IMG/VR virus record: IMGVR_UViG_3300017648_000014
Span: 1-27,327 of that record
Length of the DNA stretch: 27,327 nt
DNA from: a virus
Taxonomy: Duplodnaviria > Caudoviricetes
Strand: one strand, 5' to 3'
The notes beneath the pieces were generated by a model. It did not search any database. It worked only from the letters and a program-made list of their open reading frames with translations, and was not told where the DNA came from. Positions 17,628 through 25,900 of the stretch are shown here, piece by piece (position 1 is the first letter of the stretch; every line of letters begins with the position of its first letter). The position numbers and the translations under genes are program-made.

Positions 17628-17836
17628 ATCGTATCGCGCCGCCTGAGTTCATCGCGGATCAATGAGCGTGATGGTTCGGGTTGGTCACTGATCGTTTTTT
17701 GAATGATCTCGTCCAAGGTCGCGGCCGACTTCTTTAGTTGAGCGGAAGTCAACCCAGCCTGCGGATCAACACTTACCTTCCGCCGTCCAAAGTTGCGGAA
17801 GAACCTCTGAAAAGCGTACCAGCCGAGTTTTTGCAT
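17624..17836 (-). CDS. Hypothetical 70-aa moron protein MQKLGWYAFQRFFRNF...
   Basis: ATG at 17836 with GAGGGAAG SD; fills the gap between the gp16-like and tail genes. Confidence 0.65.
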   Translation of the reverse strand: MQKLGWYAFQRFFRNFGRRKVSVDPQAGLTSAQLKKSAATLDEIIQKTISDQPEPSRSLIRDELRRRDTI

Positions 17837-17845
17837 TCTTCCCTC

Positions 17846-17873
17846 AGCCGCCCTCCCGGGCGGCTTTTTCTTT
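17846..17873 (+). terminator. Intrinsic terminator before the tail module
   Basis: AGCCGCCC-TCCC-GGGCGGCT plus TTTTCTTT. Confidence 0.8.
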
Positions 17874-17882
17874 GGGGCATCC

Positions 17883-18869
17883 ATGAGCGGCATTCTACCG
17901 GGGCTCGCCCTCGTAAACAACTTCGATCCGAACGGCGAACTGATGCGCGGGGCGCTTCTCCGCATCTATCAGGCAGGCACAAACACGCCTGTAACGGCCT
18001 TCAAGGACTCGGCTTTAACGGCTGGGCAGGAGCATCCGTGGCCGATCCCGGCTGACAGCGCCGGGCGGTTGCCAATGTTCTATCTCGACGATGGGACGTA
18101 CCGCGCCCGGCTATCCAGCAATGACGGCGGTTACGTCGCATACGACGTTCCGTCGATTGAAGCCGTTACGCCTTCCGGCGGTGGAGGCGGCGGTGGAGGC
18201 GGCGTAGCACCGGAAGTTCTGTTCAGAACTGGCTATTTACTGCCGATGCTTGGCAGCGGGGTCCTTTCCGGTTTCGCGCGCCTCAATGGCCGCACTATCG
18301 GCAATGCCACATCAGGGGCGACGGAGCGCGCAAATGCTGACACGCAGGCGCTGTTCGAATATTTGTGGGGCGAGTTCGACAATACAGTTTGCCCCGTCCT
18401 TGGAGGACGGGGAGCGTCAGCGACCGCCGACTATAACGCCGGGAAACAGCTCACGCTCATCGACGGTCGCGGGCGAACGTTCTTCGGCGCGGACGGGATG
18501 GGGGCCAGTCGAGCCAACCGCCTCACGTCAGTGTCATTCGGAAGCGCGGACACTATCGGCACTTATGGCGGTGACGAAAAACACACCCTGATCAAAGCCG
18601 AGCTTCCGGCGATTTCCCCGACCTTTACCGGCACTCTCGCGACCATCAATAGCACATCAACATCGTCGTCAATCGTGAGCGCTGGAAGCGTCGGTGGAAT
18701 TAGCGCCGGTCCGGGCGGCGATGCCGATGCTCTTGGCGGCGCTTCTCGCGGTCAAGTTTCATCGACTGCCTCTTACACGCCAGCCGGGACTATCTCTGCT
18801 CTTGGAAGCAGTCAGGCATTTCCAACCGCAAGTCCGGGGTTCATCGGCACTTGGTACGTAAAGCTCTGA
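17883..18869 (+). CDS. Tail fibre protein (virion-attachment N-domain, Gly linker, tail-collar domain)
   Basis: FD.NG....G..L.IYQAGT.TP...P...DSAGR N-domain; G9 linker; collar-like LNGRTIG...LF..LW...D.RGR...GG.EKHTL..AELP. Confidence 0.8.
   Translation: MSGILPGLALVNNFDPNGELMRGALLRIYQAGTNTPVTAFKDSALTAGQEHPWPIPADSAGRLPMFYLDDGTYRARLSSNDGGYVAYDVPSIEAVTPSGGGGGGGGGVAPEVLFRTGYLLPMLGSGVLSGFARLNGRTIGNATSGATERANADTQALFEYLWGEFDNTVCPVLGGRGASATADYNAGKQLTLIDGRGRTFFGADGMGASRANRLTSVSFGSADTIGTYGGDEKHTLIKAELPAISPTFTGTLATINSTSTSSSIVSAGSVGGISAGPGGDADALGGASRGQVSSTASYTPAGTISALGSSQAFPTASPGFIGTWYVKL
17892..17920 (-). promoter_or_regulatory. Sigma70-like promoter for the antisense moron
   Basis: On the - strand: TTGTTT (17920-17915), 17 bp spacer, TAGAAT (17897-17892). 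Confidence 0.6.
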
Positions 18870-18879
18870 GGTTCGGCGC

Positions 18880-19221
18880 ATGTATACGGAAACCCTCCCC
18901 CCTCGCTCAAATCGCGCGACGTGGAACGAAAGTGTCGAGTGCCTGGAAGATGAGCAAGGTACTCCGCTTGATATCAGCACGGCGACGGAAATCCTCGTTG
19001 AAATAGCCGACTGCGGATGCGTTGCCCTCAGTGCAAGGCTTTCGTCGGGTGAGGTCACGCGGAGCGATACGACCGGCGTTTTCTCTTTCGCGTTCAGCGC
19101 CGATCAGATGCGCTCTCTCGCTCCCAAAACATATGACTTCAACTGTCTCATTACGGTGGATGGTGAGACGGAACAGGCCATTGCAGCCCAACTTCCTATT
19201 ATTGATGGACGTGACCGATGA
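18880..19221 (+). CDS. Small beta-sandwich tail adaptor (BppU N-domain-like)
   Basis: G.PLDIS...G...F.FS..QM..L....YD pattern; sits between fibre and spike. Confidence 0.55.
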   Translation: MYTETLPPRSNRATWNESVECLEDEQGTPLDISTATEILVEIADCGCVALSARLSSGEVTRSDTTGVFSFAFSADQMRSLAPKTYDFNCLITVDGETEQAIAAQLPIIDGRDR

Positions 19222-21392
19222 CTATTCATGCGCGCTTTTTGCCAAAATATCCAAAGCGTATCCGCGTCTCAAATGGCCTCACTATCAACGAGGCAAACGG
19301 TATCGTCGATCTTGGCTTTGACTACGAGAACAGCGAGTTCGGTGCAGAACTCGCGCAAGCGGTGGAAATAACCAACACTAATGCTAACGCCGCTGCGGAA
19401 TCCAGTGATGCAGCCGAAGCGGCGGCGAGTACGGCAACAAGCGCGGCAGCGGAAGCTGTTACCGTTGTGATTAATACGCAGATTGCGTTCAACACTGTAT
19501 CAGAAGCGTCGGTTGCGACGATCTCGGCAACCAAAAAGAGCGCGCGCACCTTTGGCTTTTCAACAATTGGTCGTGGTAGCGCGGACTATGTTCGGGTAGC
19601 GACACAGCCGGCACATACAGGAAAATTCAGGTCGGTTGACCGCTATCTGCCTGACGGGACCACCGATGAGACCAACGGCGGGTGGTGGGAAATCAAGGAG
19701 CCCGTTCTTAATCAATATATGTTCGGAGCGGTTGGTGATGGCGTAACTGACGACACAACCGCTCTGCAAGACATGCTGGATTATGGTCGGTATTTTTCGG
19801 CGTTGACAATGCCAGGTCCACAGATCGTGGCGGCAAAAGGCAACCACAAAATTTCGTCCACTCTTTCGATTATGTGCGGATGCGACCTGTCGGCGATGAC
19901 AATACTCGTCGCCGCATCGTCTCTTGGCAGGGCAATCCGCGTTGGTGGCAATAGCGGGACACTCTCTGACCTTCTCTATCAAAAGGTATATATCCGCCTC
20001 CCGGTTGTCATTAACACCGACAAGATCGATCCGGATACGATGGGTATTCTAGGCACCGGTTGGGCCGGTTTCGCTAACACCGTTGGCATAGAGATTGCCA
20101 ACGTCAACGAAGCCGAAATCCACAACACTCATGTTGCAGGGTTTGGCACCAACCTCTTCATGACCGCCTATGGTCAGGGCAATGTTGGTAATGAAATTCA
20201 TCTTGGTCATCTCGGCAATGGTACTCGTAATCTAATGCTCAAGCCGAGCGATGAGACGGGCTGGGTGAATGAAAATATTTTCTATGGTGGTCATCTCTAC
20301 CATCAATCGACAGAAGGCACGAATGTTACCGACGTTAATCAAATACTGATTAGTCGTTTCTCTAACACCGCGAATGCAGTTAATAATAATCTATTCATCA
20401 AACCGAACATTGAAGGTGATGCTCCGCAAGTTCATGTCCGCATTCGCGGCTCATACAATCGCATCTTGCAAGGCCGTTATGAATCTACGACGCCGAAAGT
20501 GTACTTCGAGGCGGTCGTTGCTGGGGAGACGCTCTACAATCATATCGATGGTGGCTATAACGCAGAGAGCATCGTTTTCACTGAAGATGCCCTTTCAGTG
20601 GGCAATTCGCTCACATGCGCTCGCCTTCATAAGGTTTCGGGAAATCCCGCTGCCCACATGTTAAAGAGCGAGAACGGCGATGGGAATACATCGCCGCACA
20701 TTGTGGGATTTTTGGCCGCCGACCGCCTATTGCCTATCTCACCCACAAGCTCTGCATGGACCTATAATCTCTACGCAAAGGGACTGGATGGCAAAAAGAC
20801 TGGCGATGCATACGCACGTATCAAATTGGATTTTGACGCTGGGTCTCTTTTACTCGGAGACGGCTCTGCCGCTCCGACTAAGTCGATCATCAACTACGGC
20901 AGCGCCATCGGCATCACAGCTACATTCGCGCCAGGCAGCGACAACGCCTATCAACTTGGCGCGGCAGGCAACCGCTGGACTGTGGTCTACGCGCAGTCCG
21001 GCACAATCAACACCTCCGATGCGCGTGAAAAAGAATGGCGAGGCGGTCTGAATGACGCCGAGCTTCGCGTTGCGAAACGTCTGTCGAAGTTGACCGGCGT
21101 CTACCAGTGGCGCGATGCACTCGATCAAAAGGGCGGCGCAGCGCGGTTGCATGTCGGCGTCACAGCGCAAGACGTAAAAGCCGCCTTTGAGGCGGAAGGT
21201 CTCGACGGCTTCCGGTACGGGATGCTTTGCTATGATCAGTGGGGATCGATCGACGCCGTCATTGATGATGAAGGCAATGAGGTTGCCCCGGCCAGCAAAG
21301 CTGGAGACCGCTACGGTGTGCGCTATGACGAGTTGTTAGCCTTCATCGCGGCTGGCTTTGAAGCGCGGCTGAGTGCGATGGAAGCGGTCTAG
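19218..21392 (+). CDS. Tailspike/depolymerase with beta-helix and C-terminal S74 intramolecular chaperone
   Basis: FGAVGDGVTDDTTALQ beta-helix cap; Asn-rich core; GTINTSDAREK autocleavage site; ARLHVGV.AQ and YGVRYDELLAFI. Confidence 0.88.
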   Translation: MTIHARFLPKYPKRIRVSNGLTINEANGIVDLGFDYENSEFGAELAQAVEITNTNANAAAESSDAAEAAASTATSAAAEAVTVVINTQIAFNTVSEASVATISATKKSARTFGFSTIGRGSADYVRVATQPAHTGKFRSVDRYLPDGTTDETNGGWWEIKEPVLNQYMFGAVGDGVTDDTTALQDMLDYGRYFSALTMPGPQIVAAKGNHKISSTLSIMCGCDLSAMTILVAASSLGRAIRVGGNSGTLSDLLYQKVYIRLPVVINTDKIDPDTMGILGTGWAGFANTVGIEIANVNEAEIHNTHVAGFGTNLFMTAYGQGNVGNEIHLGHLGNGTRNLMLKPSDETGWVNENIFYGGHLYHQSTEGTNVTDVNQILISRFSNTANAVNNNLFIKPNIEGDAPQVHVRIRGSYNRILQGRYESTTPKVYFEAVVAGETLYNHIDGGYNAESIVFTEDALSVGNSLTCARLHKVSGNPAAHMLKSENGDGNTSPHIVGFLAADRLLPISPTSSAWTYNLYAKGLDGKKTGDAYARIKLDFDAGSLLLGDGSAAPTKSIINYGSAIGITATFAPGSDNAYQLGAAGNRWTVVYAQSGTINTSDAREKEWRGGLNDAELRVAKRLSKLTGVYQWRDALDQKGGAARLHVGVTAQDVKAAFEAEGLDGFRYGMLCYDQWGSIDAVIDDEGNEVAPASKAGDRYGVRYDELLAFIAAGFEARLSAMEAV

Positions 21393-21467
21393 CGGCGGCG
21401 CAGAGGCGCGCACGATCAATTCTGCACTGCGAAATACATCCAACCCATCTTTCGGGAGAGAGAACCT

Positions 21468-22277
21468 ATGGCCGAAGGCGTCCGCCTATCGCAGGCAACA
21501 ATGCGCGCTGTTTTCCCCGGTGCGCCGGATACGATCATTGCAGCGTTTGTGGAAAAGCAGGGCGCGTTGTCGGCGGTCGGTCTCAACCAGACCCGCCAGC
21601 GGCTCGCCTATTGCTTCGCCAATCTGCACGCCGAGACGGGTGGGTTCACGATCAAGAACCTGACGGAAGATATCCGCTACTCGGCGGCGCGGATGGCTCA
21701 AGTTTGGGACAATCGATTTGCCAGCGCCGCCGCCGTGCAGGCCAGATACGGCACCGCGCCGGGATGGCAGGCGAAGGCGTTCGACGACATTTACGGCAAT
21801 CGCATGGGCAACCGTCCCGGCACGTCGGACGGCTCGCGCTTCATCGGCCGTGGCGGGCCTCAGATCACCGGCAGGGACGGCTATGCGGAGGTTGGCAAGC
21901 GAATTGGCGTGGACCTTGTTTCTGCTCCTGATCTTGCTTGCAATCATGCGCTACAGCCGGACATCGCGGCGGCGTTCTGGTCGTGGAAAGACATGAACAA
22001 ATTTGCTGACGCCGGCAACTTCATCGGCTGCGTCAAGGCATGGAACGGCGGGACCAATGGCCTGAGCGAACGTCAGGCGCAGTTGGCGCGAATCCAGAGA
22101 GTGCTACAGGGCGCGGAGTGGGGCGCGGTGGTGTCTGCACCGGCCAAGCCCAAAGACTCACCAGCGGCCACGGCTGGCCCGCCTAGCCCTATGCCAGCGC
22201 AGACCGTTCAACCGCCGTCCGCTTGGACGGCTTTTTTCATGGCCGTGCTCGGCCTGTTCAAACGAGGTTCGAAATGA
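21468..22277 (+). CDS. Endolysin, glycoside hydrolase family 19
   Basis: HAETGGF...L.E, YGNRMGN, DG.RF.GRG..QITGRDGY, AA.FW and NGGTNGL.ER motifs. Confidence 0.92.
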   Translation: MAEGVRLSQATMRAVFPGAPDTIIAAFVEKQGALSAVGLNQTRQRLAYCFANLHAETGGFTIKNLTEDIRYSAARMAQVWDNRFASAAAVQARYGTAPGWQAKAFDDIYGNRMGNRPGTSDGSRFIGRGGPQITGRDGYAEVGKRIGVDLVSAPDLACNHALQPDIAAAFWSWKDMNKFADAGNFIGCVKAWNGGTNGLSERQAQLARIQRVLQGAEWGAVVSAPAKPKDSPAATAGPPSPMPAQTVQPPSAWTAFFMAVLGLFKRGSK

Positions 22278-22522
22278 TCGATCGCATCAAGTCGTTTTTT
22301 AAATGGGTTTATAATTGGATCACTGTCATAACCGGCCTTGTCGTGGGTGCGCTGGCGATGGTGCCGGACCTGTTGACCTATCTGTCCGGCGTAGATTTTT
22401 CGCCGCTGGTCGGACCCGAATGGGGCGGGCGCATTGTCGTCATTGTCGCGGTTTGCAAGGCTGTCATCGCGTTCATTCGCAGCAAGACGGCGGCTGATGG
22501 GCAGGGAGCCGCACCGCTGTGA
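22274..22522 (+). CDS. Two-TM holin-like protein
   Basis: ATGA overlap with the endolysin; two hydrophobic helices. Confidence 0.65.
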   Translation: MIDRIKSFFKWVYNWITVITGLVVGALAMVPDLLTYLSGVDFSPLVGPEWGGRIVVIVAVCKAVIAFIRSKTAADGQGAAPL

Positions 22523-22899
22523 CCATCCTTGCCACCATCCTCGGCTGGCTCACGTCCGGCCCGCTGGATCGCATCTTCAAGACGATCGATACCAGTATCG
22601 ACAACGAGACGAAGCGCGAGGAAGTCAAAGCCGATCTCGCCAAGTCCTACCTCTCGGCTCAGGTGTCGGTGCTCACGGGCCGGGGCTGGTGGTTTCCGCT
22701 GCTGTTCCTGATTCCTGCCGGGCTTTGGTTCGCTGCCGTATGCGTCTACAGCGTGCTGTGGTGCAAGGCGTGCGTCTTCCCACAGACGTGGTCCATCGCC
22801 GCTCTGCCGCCTCCGCTGAACGATTGGATGGGTGCCATCGTCGGCTCGTTGTTCATTGGCAAAGCTGGTGAGCAGATTATCTCAAAACTGAAGAAGTAG
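22519..22899 (+). CDS. Holin-like membrane protein (3TM-holin-like)
   Basis: GTGA overlap; N-terminal amphipathic helix, charged linker, two TM segments, basic C-terminus. Confidence 0.65.
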   Translation: MTILATILGWLTSGPLDRIFKTIDTSIDNETKREEVKADLAKSYLSAQVSVLTGRGWWFPLLFLIPAGLWFAAVCVYSVLWCKACVFPQTWSIAALPPPLNDWMGAIVGSLFIGKAGEQIISKLKK

Positions 22900-22908
22900 G
22901 ACATCGGA

Positions 22909-23217
22909 ATGGACGCGGGGACGTGGGCTGTCATCATCGCTGCGGGAGCACTCATGATGAACTTCACCGACAAGCTATTTGGAGGCGGAGCCAGATTGTC
23001 GGGCCGATTGACCAAGATCGAAACAGGCATGATCTCCATGCAGGACGAAATCCGGCGCCTCGTTGATACTATGGGAAAGATTGCCGACATGCGCGGAGAT
23101 ATCCGGGTGCTCGATACGCGCATTCTGGCAAATGAGCAGGATATCCGGGAACTACGCCATGGCGACGGCTGGGTGAAGCCTAACAATCGGGGCGGACTGG
23201 ATGGGGAGTATTCTTGA
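22909..23217 (+). CDS. Membrane-anchored coiled-coil lysis-module protein
   Basis: N-terminal hydrophobic helix followed by heptad repeats. Confidence 0.65.
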   Translation: MDAGTWAVIIAAGALMMNFTDKLFGGGARLSGRLTKIETGMISMQDEIRRLVDTMGKIADMRGDIRVLDTRILANEQDIRELRHGDGWVKPNNRGGLDGEYS

Positions 23218-23240
23218 CCCAGTAGGGATCGGGCTGTTGT

Positions 23241-23552
23241 TCAACCCCGCCGTATTCGACGCTTTTCCGCAATGAACTCGACTAGCCGCGCCGGGTCGGA
23301 TGCGAACCTCTCCCACGCGGCTTTGAACTGCTTCATGCAGTCGGCCCGATCCTGCCCGCTGCCTTGCGATTCGAAATCTCGCATCGGAACCACGGTATCA
23401 ATGCCCCAGCGCCAGCCGTGGCGACCTTCGATCAGGTTCTGAATGCCGATGGAGCCGAGTTCGATTTCCTCGCCGTGATCTTTCAGGATGACGCGGTAGT
23501 TATTGGTGGCCTGATGGTGGCCGGTGACTTTGCGGAGATAGAGGTCGGTCAT
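23241..23552 (-). CDS. Hypothetical protein (103 aa)
   Basis: GGAAGG SD; G.IG...W.WG and C...FKAAWERF pattern recalled from rhizobial small proteins. Confidence 0.75.
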   Translation of the reverse strand: MTDLYLRKVTGHHQATNNYRVILKDHGEEIELGSIGIQNLIEGRHGWRWGIDTVVPMRDFESQGSGQDRADCMKQFKAAWERFASDPARLVEFIAEKRRIRRG

Positions 23553-23694
23553 TGCCTTCCGGTCCGTCGTGCCAATGCTCGAATGCGTCTCTCAGGTCGC
23601 GCATGTCGAACCACTTATGGCACACCGGACAGCGCATGAAGTGGTCCAGTTCGGACTGCGGTATCCACCCGGCCGGCTTCCCCTTGGCGATCAT
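23500..23694 (-). CDS. Small zinc-finger-like protein (64 aa)
   Basis: ATGA-coupled start at 23694; HFMRCPVCHKWFDMRDL...EHWH. Confidence 0.65.
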   Translation of the reverse strand: MIAKGKPAGWIPQSELDHFMRCPVCHKWFDMRDLRDAFEHWHDGPEGNDRPLSPQSHRPPSGHQ

Positions 23695-23993
23695 CGATCT
23701 CTCGCCAATTTGCGCTTCCGGAACTTCATCTCGGGCCCGACCGCCTTTCCCGGCCCATACTTCGGCTCGACATGTCGGTACAGCGCCTGCATGGTGGCGA
23801 TCCGAGCGAAGTCCAGCCATGGGCCGCCGTGATCTGCCGCACTCAACAGCGTCTCGGCTACGGTGAGCCAAGCATCCTCATCGCGCTCGGAATCGGGTAG
23901 GGCTAGAACGTGAGCGCGCACGTCGTGGAGCGTCTTCAATACGCCGCCTTCAGGCAGCGGAACCGGCTCCTTAAGGGCCGTTGACCACGGCAT
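23691..23993 (-). CDS. Conserved hypothetical protein (100 aa)
   Basis: GGAG SD; W....EP.PLP.G..L.TL.D...W...GGP...ARI..MQAL.RH...RKL.RDR, a pattern I recall from Bradyrhizobium-group hypotheticals. Confidence 0.75.
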   Translation of the reverse strand: MPWSTALKEPVPLPEGGVLKTLHDVRAHVLALPDSERDEDAWLTVAETLLSAADHGGPWLDFARIATMQALYRHVEPKYGPGKAVGPEMKFRKRKLARDR

Positions 23994-24028
23994 GACGCTG
24001 GAACTCCACGCAACGCAACAAGGTGGAT

Positions 24029-24358
24029 TCAATCGCCCGGAGCGATCATGGTTCCGGCGAGAGCGGCATCGATCATGGCCGGCCATGCATCTTCCGAGGT
24101 GTCGTGATTGCGGGTCATCGCAGTGTCCCCAGCCTCGAGCATCGCCTCGGTAGGCTCCCGCATGGCCTCGATAGCGGCGCGGGCCGCAATGCGACCGATC
24201 TCGACGACGTGTTCCTTGGCGGATTCAGATACTCCGTAGTCTATCTGGCTTGCGTAGCAACTCTCCAACATACATCGAACCGTTTCAGGTTCGACTTTGT
24301 CGTTGTCTAGCGGCGCATCGAGCAGCGCCCGCGCCACCCGCTCAACCATCTCGCTCAT
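24029..24358 (-). CDS. Hypothetical phage protein
   Basis: MSEMVERVARA...ARAAIEAMREPTEAM..AG...W.AMIDAAL, a common alphaproteobacterial phage pattern. Confidence 0.85.
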   Translation of the reverse strand: MSEMVERVARALLDAPLDNDKVEPETVRCMLESCYASQIDYGVSESAKEHVVEIGRIAARAAIEAMREPTEAMLEAGDTAMTRNHDTSEDAWPAMIDAALAGTMIAPGD

Positions 24359-24361
24359 GGC

Positions 24362-24562
24362 TCATTCCTTCCTCAATTCCTTAATCAGGCCGGTTTGCTC
24401 GCAGACGCGAGTGAAGTCGGCCACGGCACGGTCGCTCACGTGGCTGGAGAGGGTGCGATCTGTGATTAGCGCGACTTCATCTTGCGACAGACCGGTCAGG
24501 CGACGCAGGCGCTCTACTGCCCTCTCGGCGGTGCGCTTTCGAAGGTCAATAATCTCAGCCAT
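24362..24562 (-). CDS. Hypothetical protein (66 aa)
   Basis: GGGAGGG SD; tight packing with neighbours. Confidence 0.7.
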   Translation of the reverse strand: MAEIIDLRKRTAERAVERLRRLTGLSQDEVALITDRTLSSHVSDRAVADFTRVCEQTGLIKELRKE

Positions 24563-24596
24563 CAGCCCCTCCCGAAGGGGTCACGCATTGTCATCC

Positions 24597-24797
24597 TTAG
24601 GTCCCGTGAAGCATCGGGAAGTCATCGTGATCCGTCTTATTCACCATTTGCCAGCCCTCGCAGACTTCGTCACCACATTTGCACGGCAGCGCAATGTATG
24701 CGCGATCGCCAATGGCGAATCCTTCCGGCGTTCGATATTGCTCAAAGCCAGATCGCTTGAGATAGCCGTCAATAAAATCGTCTCGCGTCATTGCCAT
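24597..24797 (-). CDS. Small Cys-cluster phage protein
   Basis: ALPCKCGDEVCEGWQMV; GGAGAG SD before ATG 24797 (start could be 24791). Confidence 0.7.
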   Translation of the reverse strand: MAMTRDDFIDGYLKRSGFEQYRTPEGFAIGDRAYIALPCKCGDEVCEGWQMVNKTDHDDFPMLHGT

Positions 24798-24807
24798 TCT
24801 CTCCATC

Positions 24808-25140
24808 CTAGCCCGGATCGGTGGGGGCCCGCCGCCAGAATTTTTTCAACGCGCGGAAAACGCTGCTTTGCGCCACGTCTAATTCTTCCGCTATCTGAGG
24901 ATAACTCTTGCCGGATTTTCGCAAGCGTTTTGCTTTATCGAGCCACGATGGCGCAACACCGGCGCGGGCCTTGTTCGCCGCCGCACGTCGGTCTGTTTTC
25001 ATGTCAGCGACGGCGCGGCCGACTGTTGACTTGCTCAACCCGAGTTCGGCCGCGATCTCGACAATCGACATTTTTCCGCGTCGTAGTCGTCGGACCGCCT
25101 TGATTTCCTCGTCCGTAACAAAGCGACGTTTTTCAACCAT
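24808..25140 (-). CDS. Tandem helix-turn-helix DNA-binding protein
   Basis: Two HTH units: MSIVEIAAELGLSKSTVGRAV and KSYPQIAEELDVAQSSVFRAL. Confidence 0.85.
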   Translation of the reverse strand: MVEKRRFVTDEEIKAVRRLRRGKMSIVEIAAELGLSKSTVGRAVADMKTDRRAAANKARAGVAPSWLDKAKRLRKSGKSYPQIAEELDVAQSSVFRALKKFWRRAPTDPG

Positions 25141-25357
25141 TCAATTCGCTCGGGTCGAAAAGGGTGAACTGATACCCGGACAGCATTCCGGCGACAATCT
25201 TCGCGGTCGGGTGCCTTGCCGCCATTTCGGCCCTATCCTGCCGCTCGACGTTGATGCCGGAATAGATTGCATCGATCACCTTGCCGTCGATGATGGCGGC
25301 GACCGATTGCCCGGAACCGCAATACCACGGAGCGTCCGAGGGAATTTCAAAAGTCAT
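25133..25357 (-). CDS. Hypothetical protein (74 aa)
   Basis: Overlap-coupled within the operon. Confidence 0.7.
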   Translation of the reverse strand: MTFEIPSDAPWYCGSGQSVAAIIDGKVIDAIYSGINVERQDRAEMAARHPTAKIVAGMLSGYQFTLFDPSELNG

Positions 25358-25545
25358 TTGCCAGCTCTCTTTGAGATAACGCGACCGGCGCGGTAGTCGC
25401 GCATTATCGATGCGGAGGCCGATCCAGCCCAGTACTTTTCGGATTCGGTTTTTGCCGCTGCCATTTCGGCGTCGTACTCCATGCGACGGTCAAGAGCGTC
25501 GAGCAGGCGGTCAGCTTCTTCGAAGGCCATTATTATCGTCTCCAT
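25354..25545 (-). CDS. Hypothetical protein (63 aa)
   Basis: TAATG and ATGA overlaps with neighbours. Confidence 0.7.
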   Translation of the reverse strand: METIIMAFEEADRLLDALDRRMEYDAEMAAAKTESEKYWAGSASASIMRDYRAGRVISKRAGK

Positions 25546-25877
25546 TATGCGACGGTAAGCTGGTCTGCGGTCAAGAAGCCCGAGCGGCCATCGGTGAATT
25601 TTACCAGATAGCGGCCGTCAGAAAGCCGAGTGGTGATCCGGCCAGTACCTTCCGCCGAATTGAAATTCGTGCCGAGTTCAAGGGCGGGCGCGCTGTCAAC
25701 CGGGTTCGCGCCGCTCAAAAGCCACTCGATCACTTCGGACGCTTCAGACGCCGTAAGGTCGCTCGGGGATTTGAGGCCAAAGCCGTAGGCATTCACAGCG
25801 GCAACATTCGACTCAAAGCCTGCCTGCTTGGCAAGGCGGGTGATGAAAGCGGCTTGTTTTCCGGTTGCGTGCGACAT
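25545..25877 (-). CDS. Hypothetical two-domain protein (helical N-domain, SH3-like C-domain)
   Basis: AAAGGAA SD; ATGKQAAFI..L and LTASEASEVIEWL motifs, then G.G.I.....GRYLVKF.DG. Confidence 0.8.
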   Translation of the reverse strand: MSHATGKQAAFITRLAKQAGFESNVAAVNAYGFGLKSPSDLTASEASEVIEWLLSGANPVDSAPALELGTNFNSAEGTGRITTRLSDGRYLVKFTDGRSGFLTADQLTVA

Positions 25878-25900
25878 GTTGTGTTCCTTTCGATAATCCG

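Noticed and set aside
18175-18203. GGC/GGT/GGA run as a contingency repeat
   Set aside because: Mixed codons encode a Gly9 linker; it is not a pure slippage tract.
17883-21392. Diversity-generating retroelement or invertible tail-fibre switch
   Set aside because: No reverse transcriptase, invertase, template/variable repeat pair or inverted crossover sites are seen in the window.
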